Positions 57,443-64,000 of a stretch of DNA of 64,000 nt are shown piece by piece (the first letter of the stretch is position 1; every line of letters starts with the position of its first letter). This DNA comes from Candidatus Eiseniibacteriota bacterium (GTDB lineage Bacteria; Eisenbacteria; RBG-16-71-46; JASEGR01). The DNA is taken from contig JASEGR010000003.1 in assembly GCA_030017955.1 (NCBI GenBank), forward strand, positions 6,508 to 70,507. Direction: 5' to 3'. Both the position numbers and the translations under genes were made by a program. The notes under the pieces were generated by a model. That model saw only the letters and a program-made list of their open reading frames with translations. It had not been told where the DNA came from and ran no database searches.

Positions 57443-58242
57443 GCGTGGAAAAAACCGATACAAATCCCGGCAACAAGATCTCCGCAACCGTAATTTGCTA
57501 TAACGAAGAGGAGAAAATTGAAGCGTGCCTGGGGAGTCTCCGCTGGGCAGATGAGATTATTGTCATTGACTCCGGGAGCACGGACAAAACCCTTGAGATA
57601 GCAGGCAGGTTCACGGACAAGCTATTCTCTGGTCCCTGGCCCGGCTACGGAGAGCAGAAGAACAAGGCAATTCAGAAGGCAAGCTACGATTGGATACTTT
57701 CAATTGATGCAGACGAAAGAGTTACGGATGAGCTTGCCAGGGAAGTAAGGAAGGCGCTCGATGAGAATGCTGCATGCGATGGATTCTTCATACCGAGGAA
57801 AACATTTTATTGCGGGAAATGGATAAGGCACTGCGGCTGGTATCCGGACCGGAAACTGAGACTTTTCAAGAAGACAAAGGGCAGGTGGTCTCCCGGGCTT
57901 CACGAGAGAGTGATCCTGAACGGGAAAGCCGGAGACCTGAGCGCGAACATACTTCATGAATCCTTTACAAGCATAGGAGAGCACATTCGCACTATCGAGA
58001 ACTTCACCTCGATTGCCGCCCGCGAACTCAGGGATAGCGGAAAGAAAGCACGACTGTTTGACCTTCTCGTGAGGCCGGGGGCGGCGTTCTTCAAGATGTA
58101 CTTCGTGAAGAGGGGATTCCTCGACGGATTCGAGGGTTTCCTGGTTTCGATTCTCTCGTCGTTTCACGTCTTTCTCAAGTACTCGAAACTTGGACTCATT
58201 GAGAGAGAAGAGCGGCGGAGAGGATGGGCGAGGTCCGCGTAA
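57439..58242 (+). CDS. Glycosyltransferase family 2 (LPS-core/KdtX-WaaE-like)
   Basis: ISATVICYNEEEKIEACLGSLRWADEIIVIDSGSTDKT...SIDADER carries the GT2 DxD/DAD motifs. Confidence 0.8.
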   Translation: MSVEKTDTNPGNKISATVICYNEEEKIEACLGSLRWADEIIVIDSGSTDKTLEIAGRFTDKLFSGPWPGYGEQKNKAIQKASYDWILSIDADERVTDELAREVRKALDENAACDGFFIPRKTFYCGKWIRHCGWYPDRKLRLFKKTKGRWSPGLHERVILNGKAGDLSANILHESFTSIGEHIRTIENFTSIAARELRDSGKKARLFDLLVRPGAAFFKMYFVKRGFLDGFEGFLVSILSSFHVFLKYSKLGLIEREERRRGWARSA

Positions 58243-59285
58243 TGAGTCTGGCTGAGCCGCGAAAGCGTGAAAGAATCCTTGTTGTAAGAGCCGACAGAGT
58301 CGGCGACATCATATTGACTATTCCTGTGTTCTGGAATCTGAGAGAGAACTTCCCGAAGAGCACGATAGCTGCCCTTGTCGCCCCGCATGGGAGGGAGATA
58401 CTGAGACTCGAAGAAAGTGTTGATGAATTCATCGTCTATGAACGGGCAGGAAAGCACTCAGGTCTCAGAGGATTACTGTTGCTGACGCGCGAACTGAGGA
58501 AGAATAAGTTTGACTGCGTCCTCTTCATCCAGCCTGAAGGCAAGCTCGCCCTGGCCTCTTATCTGGCACGGATTCAAGAGAGGATCGGGACGCTCTACAG
58601 GCCGTACTCACTCCTCTTCACGAAGAAGCATGCGCAGCACAAATCACCATCCCTTAAGCATGAGATGGAGTATTCACTCGATATCCTGAGAGAGCTCGGA
58701 ATGACACCGAGAAGCGGAGCCCCGGCGATCCGTCTCTCGGATGAGGAAATCGAAAATGCAAATTCCCTCAAGAGGGAAATCGGCCTGGAGGAGTCATCGA
58801 AACCGATCGTAGTCCATCCCGGCTCCAGCGGCTCATCCGGAAGATGGCCTGTAAGTCGGTTTCGAGAGCTCGTAGATCTCATAATAAGTGACGGGAAAGA
58901 AGTTGTGGTGAGCGGAAACTGCGAGGAACTTCCACTTCTGGAGGAAATGATTGAGCCGATGAAAGAGAAACCACTGTCAATTGTCGGGAGGACTGACCTG
59001 AGGACATTGGCTGCATTCTATTCGCTCTCGAAGCTAGTTGTTTCAAACAGTACCGGGGTAGTTCATTTGTCTGCCGCTGTCGGGACTCCGACGGCAGCGG
59101 TCTTTTCACCCGTGATATCTTCGAGCCCCACAAGGTGGAGGCCCATTGGAAAACGCCATAAGGTTTTTCTTCCGGACGTGCCTGAGTGCAAGAAATGCAC
59201 TGAAGAGAAGTGCGTGTATTTTGACTGCATGGAGAAAGTCCTGGCTCAGGATGTGTTTCGTGACATCCGTGATATGATCGCATGA
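58224..59285 (+). CDS. Glycosyltransferase family 9 (heptosyltransferase WaaC/WaaF/WaaQ-like)
   Basis: RILVVRADRVGDIILTIPVFWNLRENFP...VVHPGSSGSSGRWP...LVVSNSTGVVHLSAAVGTPTAAVFSP are GT9 signatures. Confidence 0.75.
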   Translation: MGEVRVMSLAEPRKRERILVVRADRVGDIILTIPVFWNLRENFPKSTIAALVAPHGREILRLEESVDEFIVYERAGKHSGLRGLLLLTRELRKNKFDCVLFIQPEGKLALASYLARIQERIGTLYRPYSLLFTKKHAQHKSPSLKHEMEYSLDILRELGMTPRSGAPAIRLSDEEIENANSLKREIGLEESSKPIVVHPGSSGSSGRWPVSRFRELVDLIISDGKEVVVSGNCEELPLLEEMIEPMKEKPLSIVGRTDLRTLAAFYSLSKLVVSNSTGVVHLSAAVGTPTAAVFSPVISSSPTRWRPIGKRHKVFLPDVPECKKCTEEKCVYFDCMEKVLAQDVFRDIRDMIA

Positions 59286-59449
59286 GCGTGTTTGAGTGCA
59301 AGAAAGTCCTTGACTGTAGGGCGGCTGTCTTGTAGAATGGCAGTGTTGGTTCCGGAGAATGTGTTCGAAAGTGCCAAAACAGAATAATGACAAAGTCTAA
59401 AGGGGCTAAGGTTGCCCCTAATTTTTTGTGAAAGGAGGTTGGGAAGAAG

Positions 59450-59653
59450 ATGCCAGAAAAAGGCCGTGTTAAGTGGTTCAATGAGACCAAGGGATTTGGT
59501 TTCATTGAGCGCACAAATGGCCCGGACGTGTTCGTGCACTATTCTGCAATCGCTGGAGAAGGATTCAGAAGCCTCGAAGAAGGTCAAGAAGTGCAGTTTG
59601 ACGTCACGGAGACCCCAAAAGGGTTGCAGGCAACAAACGTAGTCAAAATATAG
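59450..59653 (+). CDS. cspA: Cold-shock protein (CspA family)
   Basis: [30 protein letters not shown] contains the RNP1/RNP2 motifs. 67 aa with a strong RBS. Confidence 0.95.
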   Translation: MPEKGRVKWFNETKGFGFIERTNGPDVFVHYSAIAGEGFRSLEEGQEVQFDVTETPKGLQATNVVKI

Positions 59654-59678
59654 ATGTAAATCATCTTATTTGACTGAA

Positions 59679-59714
59679 GGGCTCCGGCCTCCAGGCTGGA
59701 GCCCTAGTTTTTTT
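59679..59714 (+). terminator. Rho-independent terminator after cspA
   Basis: An 11-bp GC-rich stem (GGGCTCCGGCC / GGCTGGAGCCC, one G.U) with loop TCCA is followed by TTTTTTT at 59708-59714. Confidence 0.75.
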
Positions 59715-59869
59715 GTCCGACGGTCCTCGAGCTGGCATCGGTTCCCCGGCCGCGAAAACCGGATTGACACTGTCCCGCAGAGTTGCTACCGTGCGCTTAC
59801 TTCTGAGTGGCAGTCGGCATGTCAACGTCCGAACCAGAAGGCGCAATTCCCCTAACGCGAGGTGGAGAA

Positions 59870-60529
59870 ATGGTACTCAGAAAGCTATTGCTGTTGTTTT
59901 TCGCGCTGGTGTGCGTCGTGATTGCCTACCCTGCTCCTGTCCCGGCTGATGACGTAACTGACCAGATTGACGGAGCGGTGAAGCTCTACAAGGAGGGGAA
60001 ATTCTCCCAGGCCGCTTCGGAGCTAGATTTCGCACTGCAGCAGATCCGGGAAAAACAGGCAGAAAAGCTTAAGGGAGTTTTCCCAAAGCCGCTTGCCGGA
60101 TGGACTGCGGAGGAGCCGGAGATGTCAGCCGCTGGAGCCAGCTTTATGGGAGGCGGAATCTCCGCGTCTGTGAAATATCAAAAGCCGCCTGCCGCGACCG
60201 CGAAACCATCGGAAGAGGGCGCAGAGGAGGTCGAAATCCCGGAAGTTGGTATCGAGATGATGACTGATTCGCCACTCCTCCAGGGTATGCTTCCCTTGCT
60301 CACCAATCCGGCACTAATGGGCAGTCAGGGAGGAAAACTAGTCAAAGTGAAGACATATCGTGGGGTTTCCAAGAAGGCGGGTGACGGCGGTGGCCCGGAA
60401 CTGACCCTTGTCGTTGCCAACAAAGTTCTGCTGACTCTCAAGGGAAGTAATGGCGCAACCGAAGCTGATTTGCTTGCGTATGCTAACGCTATCGACTTCG
60501 TGATGCTGGAGAAACTGGTAGCCCCATAA
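59870..60529 (+). CDS. Secreted hypothetical protein
   Basis: The ATG at 59870 gives the signal peptide MVLRKLLLLFFALVCVVIAYPAPVPA. The mature region is helical and low-complexity. No recognisable family. Confidence 0.45.
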   Translation: MVLRKLLLLFFALVCVVIAYPAPVPADDVTDQIDGAVKLYKEGKFSQAASELDFALQQIREKQAEKLKGVFPKPLAGWTAEEPEMSAAGASFMGGGISASVKYQKPPAATAKPSEEGAEEVEIPEVGIEMMTDSPLLQGMLPLLTNPALMGSQGGKLVKVKTYRGVSKKAGDGGGPELTLVVANKVLLTLKGSNGATEADLLAYANAIDFVMLEKLVAP

Positions 60530-60542
60530 AGCGGCCTTGTGA

Positions 60543-61994
60543 TTGCTGACATCAATGGGTAAACGAGTCGGGCTCATGCGGAAAAGTATTCGATCTGCTT
60601 TCCCGATAATCTTTGTCCTCGTCCTTCAGCTTCTTTCATCGTCTCCACTCTGCTCTCAGAGCAGTTCAGCTCCGAGACTTGTCCTCATCTCAATCGACGG
60701 TCTCTACCCTGATATCTACCGGCAAGCTGTGGAACTCGAGCTCAGGGTTCCGAGCCTTGAGTCTTTGGTCAGAGACGGAGTGAGCGCTGATGGAATGATA
60801 GGGATTTTTCCCACTGTAACTTTTCCTTCTCACGCAGCCATCATAACAGGAGTCCGTTCGTACCTTAACGGAATCACCGGAAACATAACTCTTGGAGATG
60901 GATCACCCCAGGGAACCTGGTACTGGTTCTCGGATTCGCTCCTGGTTCCAAGCCTGCCTGAAGCAGCTCACAGGAAAGGGCTCAAAGTAGCAGTTTCATC
61001 CTGGCCCTCGCTCTGCGGCGCTTCATATGTGGACTTCAGTCTTCCCGAAATATGGACTGTGGAAAAGGGAGTGACTTCGCGGGAGCTTGTTTTTCGCTAT
61101 GACACGCCCGGCCTCACCGAAAAAGTCGAGTCGATGTATGGTCCCTGGACAGATAAGAGATTCGACTGGGGATATCAGGACGATAGGATTGCTGATGGAG
61201 CATGCGCGCTCATAAAGCTCGAGAAGCCCAACTTACTTCTGGTCCATTTGGTTGAGGTTGACCACGTGCTTCACTCCTTCGGGAGAGACTCAAAAGAAGC
61301 TCTGAAGGCATTCGAGTTGGCTGATGCTCAGGTCGGCAGGATACTTGATGCATTGGAAGAGGTTGGCCTTAGAGATAGTACGAACATCATCGTTGTCGGC
61401 GACCATGGCTTCGCCAACATTCATAACGAATTGAGGCCAAACGTGGAGCTTGGAAAGCTCGGCGTTCTGGAGAGCAGAGATTCCAGAGGAAAGACGCAAA
61501 GCTCTCAGACTACCGGCTCTCCAAAGTCATCGCCTCGAGCCACTGCTTTCTTCCGTTCGAGCGGAGGAGGAGGAGCGGTTTACTTCTCGCAAGGAAGCGA
61601 CACAATGGCAATAGCCGATGTGATCTCACACTTCAAGAAGTTGAGTGAGACTGAATACAAGAGGATTTTCTACGTTCTGGACAGGAAGGAGCTTCAAAGA
61701 TACGGCGCATTTCCGGGTGCAGCGTTTGGCCTTGCCTGTGAACCCGGCTACACCTTTTCGGGTGGCAGAGCGGGCAACTTTCTCTCCCCCACGGAATCAC
61801 GCGGCACGCACGGATTCCTGCCTGAGAATCCGCTCATGTATTCAGGTTTCATCGCCTCAGGTCCTTCGTTCAAGAAGGGACTCAGAATTCCGTCCATCAG
61901 CATTCTCGATGTTGCGCCGACTGCGGCAAAAATCCTCGGAACATCTTTAGGCCCGCAAGTCGAGGGAAAAGTCCGGGAAGATATACTGAAGTAG
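60543..61994 (+). CDS. Alkaline-phosphatase superfamily enzyme (nucleotide pyrophosphatase/phosphodiesterase, NPP-like), secreted
   Basis: Signal peptide. VLISIDGLYPD...FPTVTFPSHAAIITG (a Thr nucleophile in the metal-site context typical of NPP/AP family) ...VVGDHGF. Confidence 0.7.
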   Translation: MLTSMGKRVGLMRKSIRSAFPIIFVLVLQLLSSSPLCSQSSSAPRLVLISIDGLYPDIYRQAVELELRVPSLESLVRDGVSADGMIGIFPTVTFPSHAAIITGVRSYLNGITGNITLGDGSPQGTWYWFSDSLLVPSLPEAAHRKGLKVAVSSWPSLCGASYVDFSLPEIWTVEKGVTSRELVFRYDTPGLTEKVESMYGPWTDKRFDWGYQDDRIADGACALIKLEKPNLLLVHLVEVDHVLHSFGRDSKEALKAFELADAQVGRILDALEEVGLRDSTNIIVVGDHGFANIHNELRPNVELGKLGVLESRDSRGKTQSSQTTGSPKSSPRATAFFRSSGGGGAVYFSQGSDTMAIADVISHFKKLSETEYKRIFYVLDRKELQRYGAFPGAAFGLACEPGYTFSGGRAGNFLSPTESRGTHGFLPENPLMYSGFIASGPSFKKGLRIPSISILDVAPTAAKILGTSLGPQVEGKVREDILK

Positions 61995-62149
61995 ACGCGC
62001 AATATTGTGCCGGAGTACACTGTACACCTCGAGGTGTCCGTGATTCACATCATACGCTCTCGCTCCACAAAAGTGGAGATGAAAGATGTGCCTGATCCCG
62101 CGATTAGGCAACGCATAGCCGAGATCACTCATGAGCTTTTGGGTGGCGT

Positions 62150-62500
62150 ATGAAAGACCTCACGGCCATCCGCGAACGCTACTTGCGTGACGACCTCCCT
62201 GTCCGCTTAGGTGGGCTGGCAGCGAACTTGAGTCGAATCAGGTCATTCGCCAGCAACGACGCGAATCGGGAAGCAGTGGAAGGTTTGCTTGAAGAGAGCA
62301 AGTTCTTTATTGAGTGGACTGCGCCAGAAGCTGAGATTGATGCCGCCGCTGAATTGGTTCAATTACAAATTCTGCTGACTTGCTGGCAGCACAGGTGGAA
62401 AAGCATTTGGGCTGATCCTGTAGAACGCGCCAAGGTCGCCGAGCAGTCAAGTTCGTGGGCAAAGCGCATATTAGATCTGTCAGGCCTACTATCTTCTTAA
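62150..62500 (+). CDS. Hypothetical protein
   Basis: 116-aa ORF with reasonable codon usage and no recognisable motifs. Confidence 0.3.
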   Translation: MKDLTAIRERYLRDDLPVRLGGLAANLSRIRSFASNDANREAVEGLLEESKFFIEWTAPEAEIDAAAELVQLQILLTCWQHRWKSIWADPVERAKVAEQSSSWAKRILDLSGLLSS

Positions 62501-62623
62501 CAGGGTATAAGTAGCCCATGTTGCAGCCACCCCGCAAATTGCACAGCACGGGTTCTTCATGATTTCTCTCGCGAGCTCACAATTTCACTCGCAACATGAA
62601 GACATTCATAGCAAGAACAACTT

Positions 62624-62887
62624 TCACCCATGCCTCCGCGCCACAGACAGTGCCTTCTTAATGTCTGACCTCTTCATGCCAGATTGCTTCGCCCGGCGAC
62701 GCGCATCCGCAATTAATCTGTTGAACTCGCGCATGGACGGCGGCAGGATCTCTTTCAGGATGACAACATCCCCATCACCGACGATAATAAACCGCGATCC
62801 AGGTTTCAGGTGAAGCTGTTTACGGATCTCCTCCGGAATAACAACTTGGCCTTTCGACGACATCTTGGTAGTGGCTAGATTCGTCAT
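62624..62887 (-). CDS. AbrB/MazE/SpoVT-type DNA-binding protein (antitoxin-like)
   Basis: SSKGQVVIPEEIRKQLHLKPGSRFIIVGDGDVVILK is the swapped-hairpin AbrB/MazE domain. The real start may be the ATG at 62863. No cognate toxin gene is evident. Confidence 0.6.
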   Translation of the reverse strand: MTNLATTKMSSKGQVVIPEEIRKQLHLKPGSRFIIVGDGDVVILKEILPPSMREFNRLIADARRRAKQSGMKRSDIKKALSVARRHG

Positions 62888-63287
62888 TTTCCAACCCTCC
62901 CTCCGGTATACTCTGACTGCGTCTTACTGGTAAGAATAGCAGTAAGCTCGACAAACTGGAAGCAGAAATTGGCGGCTTGACGTGACGACACGATCTTAAC
63001 GTTGGAGCAGTCTGGCACCTGCGACGATTGCTGGTTAGCGCTAAGAGATAAATGGCCGGCTTCAAAAGTCTTCTGCCGCCAGGAAAGACGACTGGATCCG
63101 CGGGAATGCTTACCCACCGACTTGAGCCCTACGTGGCGGTTTGCAGTCACTCACGTTAGGGTACCTCGGCGATTTGCTCCACCACGCTCTCAGCATCAGC
63201 TTTGGCCCGTTGAGAATGAACTGACTGGGTTATGTCAGCCATGCGCGGTCATTGTATTGTCGCATCCTCTACTTCAGTGGCAGATAC

Positions 63288-63929
63288 TCACCAATTGGAT
63301 GGCTTCTGGATCGCTGTTCCGTCAGGCAAGACCAGTGGATCAGGAAATTGGTTTCGAAGATATGCTTTCAGCTTGATCGAAAAAGACTCGGGGGCAAGAC
63401 CTGCGAGCTCTCTATTGGTTCGCTTATATGGGAAAGCGAAAAACACTAACTTGCTGGGGAACATCCGCTTGCAGACTCTGACTGCGGGTGCCAGGTCCGT
63501 ATCTCCAGTCATAAGAATCACGGTCTCGCACTCATCGCCACAGCAAACTTCAAAAAGTCTAGCGGCAATTGCAACATCGGTCTCTTTTTCTGCATGAGTG
63601 ATGAAGACTCTTTTGCAGTTGGGGCAATAAACCTCCTTCTGCTTGAACCTAGCCAGCTCTACATTTATTCCGGTTGCCCTCAAGCATTTCATGAAAAGCA
63701 GGTGTCGCCCAAGTTTGTCTGGTGTGCGGTGAGTGGGGGGAGCTGAGAAATAATAGACTCGTTCGAGAGTTGCTTTCTCGCTGCCGAACTTGCCCGCAAT
63801 TGGCAGGTAGGAGAAACAGAGCTTCTTGATATCAAGCCATTTTGTCGTCGTGCCGGTAGCGTCTCGGCTGGCTTCCACTACGGAGTGATATAGGTTGAAA
63901 CCATCGACTAGGAAGACGGTTCTATTCAT
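63288..63929 (-). CDS. NYN-domain (LabA/YacP-like PIN-fold) nuclease with C-terminal zinc ribbon
   Basis: The N-terminus MNRTVFLVDGFNLYHS is the NYN/PIN Asp motif, with further acidic residues (TGDTDLAPAV). Zinc-ribbon CPNC...C..C. Confidence 0.65.
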   Translation of the reverse strand: MNRTVFLVDGFNLYHSVVEASRDATGTTTKWLDIKKLCFSYLPIAGKFGSEKATLERVYYFSAPPTHRTPDKLGRHLLFMKCLRATGINVELARFKQKEVYCPNCKRVFITHAEKETDVAIAARLFEVCCGDECETVILMTGDTDLAPAVRVCKRMFPSKLVFFAFPYKRTNRELAGLAPESFSIKLKAYLRNQFPDPLVLPDGTAIQKPSNW

Positions 63930-63941
63930 ATCAAGGAGAAG

Positions 63942-63969
63942 AAAAAACCTCCGGGTCGCAACCCGGAGG
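63942..63969 (-). terminator. Probable rho-independent terminator for a minus-strand gene beyond the window end
   Basis: A perfect 8-bp stem (CCTCCGGG / CCCGGAGG) with loop TCGCAA is preceded on the + strand by AAAAAA, which reads as a U-run after the hairpin on the minus strand. Confidence 0.45.
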
Positions 63970-64000
63970 GGGCCAGCAGGTTCAGAGAACCTGACTGGGG

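Noticed and set aside
62884-63150. 88-aa minus-strand ORF overlapping the AbrB-like gene start by ATGA, as a candidate toxin partner.
   Set aside because: The translation is Ser/Arg/Gln-rich and low-complexity, with no RelE/MazF/PIN features. The AbrB-domain start is more likely the internal ATG at 62863, which removes the coupling. Treated as non-coding.
1-64000. CRISPR array, transposase, insertion sequence or prophage genes.
   Set aside because: No regularly spaced direct repeats were seen. No ORF carries DDE transposase, integrase or phage structural motifs.

Overview
The window is a chromosomal segment from a moderately GC-rich Gram-negative bacterium, with one partial gene (pilB) at the left edge. 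Lineage is not assignable from sequence alone; the pilus locus architecture is Myxococcus/deltaproteobacteria-like. Genes run mostly on the + strand.

Gene content in order:
- (i) Positions 1-14464 hold a near-complete type IVa pilus locus: pilB (partial), pilT, pilC, a PAS histidine kinase and sigma-54 regulator (PilS/PilR-like), the major pilin pilA with a sigma-54 promoter, an ABC ATPase and ABC-2 permease plus TPR protein (reminiscent of M. xanthus pilG/H/I), pilD and pilMNOPQ.
- (ii) Positions 14669-17668 hold a heavy-metal module: a His-rich membrane protein and a CPC-type P1B ATPase.
- (iii) Positions 17901-22228 hold a minor-pilin set, including an 825-aa prepilin-like protein with Ig-like and FG-GAP beta-propeller regions.
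- (iv) Positions 22648-47535 hold housekeeping genes: rsmD, coaD, pta, FmdB, glcD-like, obg, dprA, a DUF362 ferredoxin, an LpxL-like acyltransferase, a GH57 branching enzyme, GAF/PAS kinases and response regulators, tRNA-Phe and tRNA-Thr, glmM and glmS, ridA, selD, lepA, lepB, hemW and a SagB-type dehydrogenase.
- (v) Positions 47796-49358 encode a secreted GH57-like protein with a CBM25-like module.
- (vi) Positions 49771-59285 hold nine tightly overlapping glycan/LPS-core genes: four GT4, one GT2 and two GT9 glycosyltransferases, a priming sugar transferase and an ICMT-family methyltransferase.
- (vii) Positions 59450-63929 hold cspA with a terminator, secreted hypothetical proteins, an alkaline-phosphatase-family enzyme, an AbrB-type antitoxin-like gene and a NYN nuclease.

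Main things worth a second look:
- selD is a selenoprotein: an in-frame TGA lies at the catalytic Cys position, a hairpin follows it, and the upstream ATG extends the reading frame past the ORF-track start.
- The GH57 enzyme (conserved HSHIPYV motif upstream of its first ATG) and the GlcD-like oxidase have no ATG/GTG/TTG start in their open frame, so they must use ATT/ATC/CTG starts.
- A ~360-nt hairpin-dense, gene-free region lies upstream of selD.
- A 36-bp palindromic repeat occurs twice and each copy supplies an SD-GTG-'MRG' start.
- The 20-nt 3' end of tRNA-Thr is duplicated about 116 bp downstream of the tRNA.

No CRISPR array, integrase or transposase was seen.
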